Source: the human T2T-CHM13v2.0 reference genome, Homo sapiens. From it: a stretch of DNA of 64,000 bases. Positions 14,470 to 31,668 of this stretch are shown here, one piece after another. The position numbers and the translations under genes were made by a program. The stretch lies in assembly GCF_009914755.1 (NCBI RefSeq), contig NC_060933.1; one strand, 5' to 3'. The number at the start of each line of letters is the position of its first letter. Positions within the stretch are counted from its first letter, which is position 1. The notes under the pieces were generated by a model. That model made no database searches, was not told the DNA's origin, and saw nothing but the letters and a program-made list of their open reading frames with translations.

Positions 14470-15270
14470 TTTATTTTTAAATAATTTTAATCGTACATAA
14501 AAAGAGCTCTCATGTCTTCCTCACCCAGACTCAGATTTCCCAGTGGTTAACATTTTACCGTATTTGTTCCATCTGTGTGTGTGTGTGTGTCTGTGTGTAG
14601 AAATGCAGTTGTCATGTCTTTTTGGCCTCCTTCCATCTGAAAAGTTCTCGTTTTTACCTTTTTTTCATGGCCATGATGGTTTTAAAAAGAGAGGCCTGAC
14701 ATTCTGTAGAATGTGTTTCAGGCAGGGTCCAGGCCATGCCTTCTTGGCAGGACAGTGCAAAAGTGATGCTCTGCTCTTCCCCATGCAGATACATGATGTC
14801 AACTTTGATCACCTGGTCGAGGTGGTTATTTGTCAGCTTTCTCATCATAGAGTCACCATTTTTTTTTATGATTGACATTTCATGCCACAGAAAAGAGCTT
14901 TTAGGCTTTATTCTTTAAAATGGAGCTCCTGGCACATGACTTTGCAAGGATAGTAATTGAGAAGTTGTAGACGTTTCCAGGAATATTTTCTGGTGAGATA
15001 TTCTGAGACCACATCAGTATCTTAGTCTTTAGTAGGAAATCTCTACCCACTAGCCTTAGCTAGTGATTCCTACCTGAATCCGCCACTGTTCTAATAATTG
15101 GTCCATGGTGATTTTCTGTTGACATAATTCCTTGTATATATTAGTTGGTATTCCTACATATTTATTATAGCATGATGGACTCACAAGTAGATACCTATTC
15201 TCTGGATTGTAACTTGTTACTATCATTAATCATATTATTTTCATGCTCAAATTATCCTAGATTTGGCTAG
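14470..15270 (-). mobile_element. Old L1 (L1MC-like) 3' fragment
   Basis: ggttaacatttta, aactttgatcacctggt, gctcaaattatcctagatttggc motifs resemble L1MC 3' UTR; subfamily and ends uncertain. Confidence 0.55.
14872..14985 (+). repeat. 114-bp local direct duplication, copy 2
   Basis: 108/114 identical to 14160-14273. Confidence 0.95.
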
Positions 15271-16324
15271 TGGGGGTTCAAAAGAGTTTGAATCAAATAT
15301 ACCCTTGACACTGGCATTAAATAGCCAATCTGATGTGTGCTGACGATTGAGACTAATAACTGGTAGGCGGAGGGTGTTATCTGAGTTCTAGATATGTATT
15401 TATCTCAGACAGTATGGGTTACCTGCAACAAGATCTGTGGTAGGCAGGCCAACAGTAACACTCGGGACCCTAGAGGCAAGCCAACCTGAAATTCAGCTTG
15501 TCAGAGACCATCTGGTGGGTGGAAGTTTTGCGTTTTCAGAGTATATTGTTTAAGTTCCCCAGGCCTATCGTCTACCTTTAGCTTTCCCTGTTGGCCAATT
15601 CAGGCCCTGGTCAGATGCGGGTGGAGAGGTACACAAAGCTGGAAACAGCGTGCTGCCCGCCTTTCTCTCCTGCCTCCAGAGACACTTGTTGGCTGTCAGG
15701 GTCGGTGTTGTCTTAGCCTCACAGGCATTTTCAGTCCTTGCTCTTCCCATCCTAGAGTTTCAAACACAGAGCGAGTCTGTGTTCTGCATCTCAACATGCT
15801 AAATCAGAACCTGGATTCCCTAAAATGTTGTCTCCTGTTTCTTCCTGCCCTCACTCATGCCATATCCGTCCTTCCCAGGTTAGATTTCTCATACTTCAGT
15901 GACCTTCAGAAAAGGAATCCCATCACTTTTCTCTGCGGTGAGTCATCCATTGGTTTAAAGAAAAAATTTTCTTTTTTAATAGCAGAATGAGGTAACAGAG
16001 CCCTAGAAGACAAGCCCAGAGACCGGATCCTGGTCTCCAGCTCAGCCCAGAGTAGCTGGAATTTGTCAGACCTTCTCAGTTTCCTCCGAAGTATTAGGGG
16101 CAGACAGAGTCAAGGCTACAGGCTGGCTAGCCCAGATGCAGACAGTGTCAAAGTTCTCATTGTGGAATACCACCAGAACTTATCTTACTATTACCACTTA
16201 CCATCTAATTGGGTAGGTAAAATTCATATGGTGCAAAGGAGTTTGTTATACCTAGACAAAAATTCATGGGGACTTGAATAATCCATGGAAACCCTAATGG
16301 AGAATGCTGAGGAGAATTTTAATC

Positions 16325-16852
16325 TCCAGCATCTAGCCAGAGCAATCTTATTAAAATGCAAATCTGATCATTTCACTCCCTTGTTTAAAACCCTTCAATA
16401 GCTTACCAATGCATCTATGATGCAAAAACTTGATCCCCAGGGTCCTGTGGAATTAGGGCTCTGTCTGTCCCCTTTCTGCCTCACTGCAGTCTTTGCAAAG
16501 TCCTCTTCCCAGTTCTTAAAAGTGGCAGGTTTTGCATATGCTCTTTCCTGTGCCTAGAATTTCTGCCATCCCTCCACACATCCCCACCACACTGCCCGGT
16601 GGACTCCTTAGCTACCGCTCCCTTGAAGAACCCTCCCTACCCGTAGCCTAGGCAGCGTCCCTGCTGTGTTCCAACATAACGCCTGCATTTTGCTTTCACA
16701 ACACTTAATACAGTTGTTATTTATGTGATCACTTGTCTGTCTCCTCCTATACTTCGTAAGTTCTACCCAGACAGGCTCTGTGTCTGTTTTGCTTAGCACC
16801 TAGCCGTGTTTGGCCTATTGCAGGCACTTAATAAATATTTGCTGAATGAAAG
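16325..16852. mobile_element. L2 3' fragment
   Basis: ttaaaatgcaaatctgatcat...aaaacccttcaat; terminal aggcacttaataaatatttgctgaatgaa. Confidence 0.7.
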
Positions 16853-17269
16853 AATACATCCATCTTTCAGTGTAACAACTGCATCTTCCTTACATCAGCA
16901 GGAACAGGTAGATGTGGAAGATGGAGCTGGTATGGAGAAGGGTAGTGATGGGAGACAGTGGAAGATGTAGGAGTAGTGTGCAGGTTAATGTCTGTTAAAA
17001 AAGTCCAGATAAGATTATCTGTGAGAGGAAATCCAAAGATTTGTGGGGAGAAGCCAAAAGGAGTTAGGAAGGGTTAGGAGTACACGAAGCAAGACCACAT
17101 TCTAACTTAATCATATAAACAAACCAAGCCTGTAAAATTGCAGTTATGCTACATATGTGTCAACTGACCTGATATTTCTTAGGAACTTCTGGCATATACT
17201 TTTGCTTTCTTTAATGTTACAATTTTATTTGCATGAAGTGTTTAGGTAGCTTTTTAAAACAGCTATACT

Positions 17270-17470
17270 AGCCTGGGCAACATAGTGGGACCCCCATCTC
17301 TATAAAAAATTTAAAAATTAGCCGGGTTTGGTCACACACATCTGTAGTCCTAGCTACTAGAGAGGCTGAGGCAGGAGGATCGCTTGAGCTGGGGAGTTCA
17401 AGGCTGCAGTGAGCTGTGATCGTGCCGCTACACTCCAGCCTGAGTGACAGAGCAAGACCCTGTCTCTAAA
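17270..17470 (+). mobile_element. 5'-truncated AluJ
   Basis: Starts at agcctgggcaacatag. Confidence 0.9.
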
Positions 17471-18609
17471 AGAATGAATGAATACATACTTACCTACCTA
17501 CCTACGTATAACCTGAAGAGGTATTGGTGAATTGCAGTAGGCAGTATAAACTCTGTGAGGAGAAGCATTTCAGGCTTCTTAGAAAAAGCCTAGCACGTGG
17601 CAGGTGCCCATCATTTGAATGCCTGAATGAACGGGTTTTATCTGGGAGGGAAAAGAGCAGGCTTAAAAACAACTCTTTGGTAAATGCAAGAGCAAAAGAA
17701 AATCTCATCTGTTATACATTTCCTTTAAACCAGAAGGAGGAACACTCATATTGCTACCCTTTTTATTGTGTGTTCTCTAACAAATGGTGTTCCTCACACA
17801 AATTTGATACAGGTAGCGAAGCTGCTGGGTCTCAAAGAGCTTAGTGCTAACAGTGTCATCAGGAGATACCACCTGCTAAACCCGTTCAGAAGGACGCTGT
17901 TGTACTTCGCTGTCTTCTTAGAACACTTTCCACTCCTGGAAAAGTTGATGTGCTAACTTAATTACTCTCATACTCTGAGTAATTAGCTTCATGAGAACTT
18001 GCCTCTCTTCCTGAGTTCATCCTACTGGTTTGCTTTCCTGCTGACGTGGGATCTTTTTGACTGCTTTGAACAGCAGGATGCTTACACTCTGGGGCTTTTA
18101 AATGTGGAAATCTGTGATAATTATGTACTTCTCTAGGACTGACTCAGCTCTTCAAGCAAAATCTTCATGCTTCATGTGAGAGGGGACAATAACATTAATG
18201 GGAATTAGCAAAGTTCTTCAGTTTCAACAGTCAGGTGTGGTATCTGGCGAAGAAAAACACATAAATAGTGTGTGAAAGTTGTGGCACAGGGGTGTAATTA
18301 TTTTTCACAGCACCGTCAGTCAGTAACTGGGCCTAGAGTGTGCAGCAGTGAAATCAGAACAAAGAAGTCAGTGTGTCCTAATTAATAGATAAAGTAATAA
18401 TATCAAAGTCTCCTCCGTTTTAAAGTCCACAGGACACATTATTTCACCCCAGTGCTTTTTGCTCATATTAAAGAATGGCTCATTGTGGTAGAGTATGTAG
18501 AAAGTATTGAGTGCTTTTCTTTACTCAAAAGTGGCATTTTTTATCACTTGAGCACTTGAGCGTAGTGTTATTGGCCCCAATAGGAAATGAAAGACTTGAA
18601 GACTACAGA

Positions 18610-18884
<275 letters not shown>

Positions 18885-18961
18885 AATGGAAGAATACAGA
18901 TTATATGGCCAAAATTTCAGTTGCTATCTGTGAATTTTTATTCTTCTCGCTGTCCCCAGCA

Positions 18962-19219
18962 CAGGCTTTCTCAGCCTCAGCGCTACTGACATTATGAGCT
19001 AGATAATTCTTTGCTGGGGGAAGGAGGGCCTGTCTTGTGCATGGCAAAATGTGTGCAGCAGCTCTGGCCTCTACACACTAGATTCGGGTAGCACCCCAAG
19101 CAGCGACAACAATAAATATCTTCAGGCATTGCCAAATGTCCCTTCGCGGGGGCAAAATCACCTCCATGCCTCGTTTGGTTGGTTTAAAAGAAAAATTACC
19201 TCCAGTTGAGAATCACTGC
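18962..19219. mobile_element. MER20 hAT-Charlie element
   Basis: ttctcagcctcagcgctactgacatt...ataattctttg...ggggcaaaatcacc...gttgagaatcactg. Confidence 0.8.
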
Positions 19220-20394
19220 AAGCAGGTTAGTACTCGACTAGTTTCCTGCGATCTAATCTTCTTCCTGGTGAGTACGTTAATTTTTATGTCTTTCAAAACC
19301 ATGTATTATTTGGACAGCAAGTTTAGTTTCATTAAAAGTTAAAATCATATAGTACTTTATGAATCTAGATGAAATGATTTTTGAAATATCCATAACTCCA
19401 TTTCACTTTGTTAATGCAGAAGAATTGCAAGCAAATTTCTCACTGTTCTTGAGGCAGTAAATTGGGCCCCTCTCACAGAGCACTAAGTTTTATAGGAGAT
19501 GAATATATAAATAAGGAGCAGACTTGCCATCAGTTTGTTGATTTCACCTTTTCTCTGAACACAGAGGAATTTGGTCTGAACTTGGAGAGTTTTCTTTAAT
19601 CGATGCCGTTGCATTGGTGTTTGGTTACCCCAAATTGCAGAGTGTGCAAACTTAGTTGGGAGCGAGAGGGAGGAAATGGACTCTGTGACCCTTGGTGTCT
19701 AGGAGTGAGTTGGCTCAGATGATGCCAACCTAAGACAACATGGAGCCCAGTGTTAGTTAGCAGGCCATCCACTTACCTTGAGACGCTGGTATAAATTCTG
19801 GCAATGCCAGCTGTCATGTAGCTGTTTGCTTCACTTCTGCCTTTAATTACTTTTCTATGCACCCCATCCCCACTAGACTGTGAGCCTTGTGAGAGCAGAG
19901 ACTTTGTCCATTTTGTTCGGTGCCCCCAGCTCCGAGAACAGTGCATGGTAAATAGTAAGTGAAGATCCATAGAAAACTAGAGAGATAGAGAAAGAGAGAC
20001 AGAGACAGAAAGCAGAAATTAATTCATGTGCCTTTATTATCAATATCAATTATAAATGTAAGTCGAATGTGTGAATAAATGTTTTATTCGGTCTGCACTT
20101 CCCACTGGGTATTATAACATTTTAACTGGTCCTATTGAATGTAGCCTCTTTCCCTACGTCAGTCTCACGCACGCACAATTGTCAAGACGATCTTTGTTGA
20201 TGCCTTTTAGCCCCTAGTTTCAGTGGAAAAACTTGCCCTGCTCCAGGATGTGAGATTGGTGGCCTCTCCTGTACTCATCTTCTTCCCCTTGTCTAACCTT
20301 GGCATTCCTTCAGCAGCACCAACAGGTTCTGTCCTGGCTCTTCACCTTTTTACTCTGGTCATTTACCTTGTCTTCAGAACTCATCTCTCGTTAA

Positions 20395-20811
<417 letters not shown>

Positions 20812-21158
20812 TAGTGTTAAGGGTGTTTGGTAGTCATCTCTCAGCTAGACTATATCTCATTTTATTTCTTAAAAATTTTTCCTCTTACTCCTTCCACTGA
20901 ATAGGACCATTTTCTGTAGCCAATTAAGCTTTCAATAAATGTTTATATAATGAAAGTAGAGGTGGTGCCAGGAGCAGTCTCCACCACTGGATTTCCAGAC
21001 ATTCAAAAAATTTTTGTAAACACCAGGGACAGCCCTCCAATTCCAGAATATTTAGTTGGAAGCTATTACTCTCAGGATTTCAGTTGCAGATATAGCCAGT
21101 GGAATTTTGACTGTGCAAAAGCAGGCATAGTTCTGTTAGTCCAAAAAGGCTTAGTTAA

Positions 21159-21533
<375 letters not shown>

Positions 21534-22181
21534 TAATAATTTAAGTTTTATTGTAACGCTTTTCCAGTTAATAATTTAGCGTCTTTCTCCTTTTTAAGAT
21601 CTAGTCTTAATTTTTGAGAGGGAAAGGGGGAAGAACTGTAGTACCTGTTAGAATTCAGTGTAACTCCAAGTAAACAAGACCCAAAACAAACGATAGCTAA
21701 AACAAAATAGACCTTTATATCTTTTTCACTTAAAAGTATAGAGGTAGGCTTTTTAGAAATGTTATAGTAGCTCTGATCCACAAAGTCCTTTGAGGCCCAA
21801 GTTCCTTCTAGTACATCGTTCCTCCACCCCTAGATATGAACTCATGATTCAAAGTTACACTAGTGTTCTAGTCATCACATCTGCATTCCAGGCAGCAGGA
21901 TGGAGGAAGGCACAAAGAAGAACATAGGTGAAAGGATTATTTCTGTGTTTCTTAATGGAGGTTCCTGGGGTATACTACATGACACTTCTGCTTACAGACT
22001 TTTATTTGCCCCTATTAGTGTGGAAGGAGGGGATAATGCATACTAAAGAACATCAAGCTGTCTTTGCCATGGCCACCCCTATTCATTCACCTCCCAAGTG
22101 AACTTTCTCATTTTATTGCAGTCAATTCCATTTGCCTTCCAAACAGAGACTTCTTGTAATATATTTTAAGACAAATGCCCA

Positions 22182-22498
22182 GGCCAGGTATAGTGGCTTA
22201 CACCTGTAATTCCAGCATGTTGAGAGGCTGAGGTGGGAGGATTGCTTGAGGCCAGGAGTTCAAGACCAGCCTGAGCAAAATAGCAAGAACTCATCTCTAT
22301 TAAAAATAATTTTAAAAAATTAAAATTAGCCAGGCGTGGTGCTACATACCTATAGTTCCCAGCTACTCAGGAAGCTGAGGCGGGAGGATCACTTGAGCCC
22401 AGGAGATAGAGACTATAGTGAGCCATGATCGCACCACCTCACTCCAGCCTGGGCAACAGAGTCGGACCCTGTCTCAAAAAAAAAAAAAAAAAAAAAAA
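22182..22498 (+). mobile_element. AluJ
   Basis: Alu consensus, long poly(A). Confidence 0.93.
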
Positions 22499-22677
22499 GA
22501 GCAATACCCACGTGTTGTAAAAATTATAAAATATAAAGAATAAAAATCATCTATAATTCCACAACCTAAAGATAACAACTGAAACAATATCATGGAAGAA
22601 ATGTCCTTAACACTAATATTTAACGAACAACTTCTGTCTTCAGAGCATCAAGATGTTTTTCAAAGTTTATTATCTTA

Positions 22678-22956
<279 letters not shown>

Positions 22957-22987
22957 CTATATATTCAGTTATTTATTCCTTCAGTAA

Positions 22988-23376
<389 letters not shown>

Positions 23377-24479
23377 CTCCAAAAAAAATTTTTTTTAATT
23401 AAGTTTTTTGCTCTCTGGGTGCTTATAGTCTGGTACAAAAGACAAAAAAGTGTTTTGGTCTTGTTAAAGTTGGGAAATAAATCAGGGACTCATAAGTGCC
23501 TAATTTATGTTGATGTATGTAAACATACACTAGAAAACAGGATATTAAAAAAATAATGACACCGGGTAGTTTTATTGTAGAATAATTTTTACCATGGACA
23601 ATTGTTTGTGAAAATGACACCTTGAAAACACATCTTACTTTTTTACTTGCTGGAGAATGAAACTTGAATTACAAGTCCTTTGGGTAGCCTGGTTTGAGCA
23701 GTATTAGGAAATAAGCAAGCCTAACTTAGTTAAATTCTAACCTCTTCTGATTCCCAGAAGTCCAAAGTTCATTTGGGGGTAATACAACGTGATACATGCT
23801 TTTTGTGATTTCTACAAGGTGAACTAAAGAAATAACTAAAGATGGACCAGTTAGGTTTTGGTAAAAACTGTGATAAGTTTTGTTGTGTTTTAAATACTGA
23901 TGTTGAGTCAGTTCATCTTTCCTACTGAAAATCCTTAAGTGGGAAAAGTATAGAAAAAGTAGGAGTTACACCAAAATATTAACGCTTGCCACTTGATGGT
24001 AGGATCTGAGTGCCCTTTTTTTACGTTCTTTAAATTATCTGTATGTGGCTTTTTTTTTTTTTAATGTTTTACAAGCATGTACTACTTCCGTATCTGGAAA
24101 AAGGTTTGTTTTTCTTTCATTTTTTAAGAAGAAGTTTTCATCAGTGGCAAAGGCTCAGTTGAAATTAATGATAAAGGATAACTACTTGCCACGTGTCATA
24201 AGCCCAGGGCTGAGAAGAGTCAGGCAGTGCTCTGGAACCAGTGAGTGCTGCCCGGATCCTGAGAACCCGCAGAGAACAGTGGGGCTGATTGTGCCTCTGC
24301 ACCTCCTCAGGTGACCGAGGGCTGGGCAGGAGGACACAGACTCTTTCATGAAGCAGTGACTAGTATAGGAAAAACAGAGCCTCTCTGTAGAGATGCTTAA
24401 AGTGCTAGCTTTATTTAAAAATCAGCTGGCAAAGCGGGAGTGAAGAACACACATTTTCAGAAGATACCGGTTTCCTGTT

Positions 24480-24910
24480 TTCATTAAGAAAACAGGGAAT
24501 GCGGAACAGCTGAGTGCGGCGGGGGTGGTGTCACTGCAGCCGGAGGGAGACCTCGCTGGTGAAAGCTCAGCCTATGGCATCCGAGCGTGGCCGGCCAAGT
24601 TTACACGAATGTTGAAACTTCTCCTCACGGGGTGAGGATCGAGGGCGCCCGAGGCCGGGTCCGGCTGAGCTGGAGCGAGCTGTGCGGGGCAGCGCGGGCT
24701 GGCGGGGAGCGCGGCGGGCGCCACGTGGTAGGTGAGCTGCGAGCGGCGTGGGGCGGCCACCGCTGGCCGAATTCCGGGGGGCCTGGGCGAGGGGGGCCGG
24801 CCGGGAAGGTGCGCACTGCTGGGCCGCTTCACTCCACCGCAGGCCTACGGGAGTCCAGCTTAGACCCGCCGGCTCCCACACACACATCCCGGGAGGCCCG
24901 GATCAGCCTG
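24480..24910 (+). promoter_or_regulatory. KANK1: Intragenic CpG island; probable internal promoter and first exon of the short KANK1 transcript
   Basis: Sharp rise in GC and CpG in non-repeat DNA; E-box CACGTG 24722-24727; donor TAG|GTGAGC after 24731; 3.4 kb upstream of the large exon. KANK1 is known to have alternative promoters. Confidence 0.8.
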
Positions 24911-24919
24911 CCTGACAGC

Positions 24920-25609
24920 CAAGCTGCAGCTTCTCTCCTGTTAATGGAGTTTCAGACAGTCCTGGAGACAGGTCTGGCTGCTGCAGCTTCTCTCCTGTTA
25001 ATGGAGTTTCAGACAGTCCTGGAGACAGGTCTGGCTGCTGCAGCTTCTCTCCTGTTAATGGAATTTCAGACAGTCCTGGAGACAGGTCTGGCTGCTGCAG
25101 CTTCTCTCCTGTTAATGGAGTTTCAGACAGTCCTGGAGACAGGTCTGGCTGCTGCAGCTTCTCTCCTGTTAATGGAGTTTCAGACAGTCCTGGAGACAGG
25201 TCTGGCTGCTGCAGCTTCTCTCCTGTTAATGGAGTTTCAGACAGTCCTGGAGACAGGTCTGGCTGCTGCAGCTTCTCTCCTGTTAATGGAGTTTCAGACA
25301 GTACTGGAGACAGGTCTGGCTGCTGCAGCTTCTCTCCTGTTAATGGAATTTCAGACAGTCCTGGAGACAGGTCTGGCTGCTGCAGCTTCTCTCCTGTTAA
25401 TGGAGTTTCAGACAGTCCTGGAGACAGGTCTGGCTGCTGCAGCTTCTCTCCTGTTAATGGAGTTTCAGACAGTCCTGGAGACAGGTCTGGCTGCTGCAGC
25501 TTCTCTCCTGTTAATGGAGTTTCAGACAGTCCTGGAGACAGGTCTGGCTGCTGCAGCTTCTCTCCTGTTAATGGAATTTCAGACAGTACTGGAGACAGGT
25601 CTGGCTGCA
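24920..25609. repeat. 57-bp VNTR/minisatellite, 12 copies plus 6 bp
   Basis: Unit gctgctgcagcttctctcctgttaatggagtttcagacagtcctggagacaggtctg. Units start at 24920+57n; unit 1 begins caa instead of gct. Otherwise only two variable positions. Confidence 0.99.
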
Positions 25610-26919
25610 TATTTTGAGTGATCACCTTCTCCATGTGGAGATGAAAGTTAAAAGGGAAAGAGAGAAGGACAGCTACGTTCTTTTAACACGAGCACAAGTT
25701 TCCAGGCACAGCCCTCCCGACCAGCCCTCCCATTCTTAGGCTAGAGCATGACTGCTGCTGGGCACTTCTTTCACATAGAATTCACTTCCCACACGTGTTA
25801 GAATCGAACAGCTAGAGCAATTTAATATTGTTTTAAATTGGGACGTAAGGAATATACGTCCTTTTTATTCCTCTGCTTGGCAATCTTATTTTTGTACTTT
25901 CTTTCCAACATTTGGGAAGAAAGCGGGCAGATGGAAGCAGAAGTGTTCTTCACAGCATTCACACTGTCGGGTGTAAATGTTCGGCAGTGCTGGGGGTTGG
26001 GAGGGCAGACAGCAACCAGGTTTGCTGGAAGTTACTTCAAACTGGACAGCAGTCAAGTGGGTTTGTATACTCAGGAGAGGGCAGGGAGACTGATGGCTTA
26101 CATTTTCACTCATTGCTTTTGAGTTCTTTCCATAGCTCTAAAAATGCGCAGCTTATTAGCGTGGCTCTGGGAAAACAACACATGACCTGATCCTACAATT
26201 TAAAAAAATAAAAATGACCTTGCTTTTAAGTTTGAAATGCATAGCCCAGGTCAGCGACAAGGTCTGCGCTTTGAAAGGTTCTTGTGTTTCCTCTTTTAAA
26301 TGTCTGGTTTAGCCTTAAGTAGTATTTACTGAGTGCCACATGATCCAGTGGTTGGAGTATGTAGGTTTTGCCCTTATCTTCATTCTTTGCATCTGTTTGA
26401 ACTCATGACAATACAAAACAAGGTGTTCCTGGGATAGGGAATGTTTTGTCCAAAAGGAGTCAACACGGAGAAGACTCTTCCTACAGTTAAGACAGGGTTT
26501 GGTTTTGTTTTTAAATGAGGAGAGAAACTGAGAAGTGGAAAACACAAAATAGAGTTGAAGTCTTTCCTCTGTGTGCTTCTACTCATGCTGCCAGAGTTAA
26601 TCACTAAATATCCCATGCCCCAGCTTTCTCAGCCGGGGAGGTGCCAAGGCAAATTGTAAGCCCATGGAGGTAGTCAGGAGCTGAGTGCCCTTGACCTCCA
26701 TTTAGAAAGGCAGCCCAGTCTGCAAAAGACAGCAGCAGGGACATCTCATCCCAGGCCTCCTGGTTATGCTGCTGACTTTGTCTGTCTGCTACTGACTTTT
26801 AGTTTTTTTGTGTGCCTCAGATAACACTTTGAAAAACAGGAATCTTAATGTCTGCTGTCTATATTCCAAGAGACTGTAGATGACCAATGAAATTATCTAC
26901 TGGACAATGCTTTCATGTC

Positions 26920-27223
<304 letters not shown>

Positions 27224-27304
27224 TTTCGTGTCTTTTATAATGAATTCTTTTAAAAATATTTAGTAAGGACTTACTATGTGCTTGTCTCTTAATCATTATC
27301 TCTG

Positions 27305-27530
27305 AGTACTGATGGACATAAAGATGGAAAAAGATGGAAATAGTAGACATTTTAGACTACAAAAGTGGGGAAAGAGGGGAGTGAGGGTTGAAAAATTACC
27401 TATTGAGTACGGTGTGCACTATTTGGGTGATGTGTACACTAGAAGCTCAAAGCTCATCATTACACAATATATCCTTGTAACTAGCCTGCACATGTACTCC
27501 CTGAATCTAACATACAGTTTTAAAAAATAA
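27305..27530 (+). mobile_element. L1 3' end (L1PB/old L1PA-like)
   Basis: ggacataaagatgg...agggttgaaaaattacctattg...cctgcacatgtactccctgaatctaa plus A-rich end. Confidence 0.75.
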
Positions 27531-27643
27531 TACAATCATTATCTCATTACATTGTTTTTAAGCCTGTGAGTTAAATATTTGCATCTCCATTTTTACTCAG
27601 GGAGAAACTGAAGTTAAGAGAGGTTTATTAACTTGCTTACCCA

Positions 27644-28000
<357 letters not shown>

Positions 28001-28087
28001 TCAACTCTTAAAATCATACCAGCTTGCTGTACTGCAACAAACACAAATATTAGTTTTTACCATTAGGTGTATTGCATGTCATTATAA

Positions 28088-30832
<2,745 letters not shown>

Positions 30833-31264
30833 TAAGGATTATTTTTTAACTGCTGGAACCATTTTTGGAGGAGAAATGGAGAAAGTTTTAGAGTGGTAAT
30901 CTGTAGAATGAAAACTAAGAATCAAAATCCATAAGCACCTCTGCTGATGCTTATTATCTGGTAGCCTCACTGGCCTCTGGCTGAGGACTAACGCTGGAAG
31001 AAAAGTAAACTGGTGTTGGCTGGCCTAGAGGTTGTCTTCTGGGGCTGCTAGTTTGGTAAGATGCTTTATTCTTTGTCTTTCAGTTATTTACTTGCTCATT
31101 ATTTATAGAACTGCCTTTAAAAAAATCCTACCCTGTTTGTACCCACTATTACCAGTATATTAGCAATTGAAATACTGGCATAAAATGTTTTCAGTTAAAA
31201 CGTTTATGAGAGGAGAGACTCCATTAATTCATTCTTTAATTCAGCAAATAATTATTGAATTTGA

Positions 31265-31390
31265 GCCAGGTGCAATGGTACACATCCGTAGTCCCAGCTA
31301 CTCTAGAGGCTGAGGCGGGAGGATTGCTAGAGCCCAGAAATTTGAGACCAGCCTGGGCAACTTAGTAAGACCTCCATTTCTAAAAAAATA
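31265..31390 (+). mobile_element. Alu monomer (FLAM-like)
   Basis: Single-arm Alu sequence. Confidence 0.8.
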
Positions 31391-31668
31391 TGAAGTAAAA
31401 ATCATTATTACTTGGATTCCTACTCTGTCTCAAGCTATAGGCTGTGAAGATAGTGTGAACAAAACAGAACAGAGCCCCTGTCCCTGCGGTGCTTACATTC
31501 TAGGTGGGGTGCAGGATATAGACAGTAGACCTATAACATGTCAGGAGGCGATAAATACTGTGAAGAAATTAACTCCGGTTATGGGAACAGCGAGTGGTAG
31601 TGGTCAGGGTGAGGGCTGTTTGAGATGAGGTGGTCAAACTTGGAGAGAAGGGAGTCTTTTCCCACTCA

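Noticed and set aside
15879-15937. Possible 59-nt cassette exon (cccag|...GCG|GTGAGT) overlapping an AP-1 site
   Set aside because: Motif-only evidence at a frequency expected by chance in a long intron
24920-25609. Regular repeat array as a CRISPR-like locus
   Set aside because: Units are head-to-tail with no unique spacers, there are no cas genes, and the context is mammalian; it is a minisatellite
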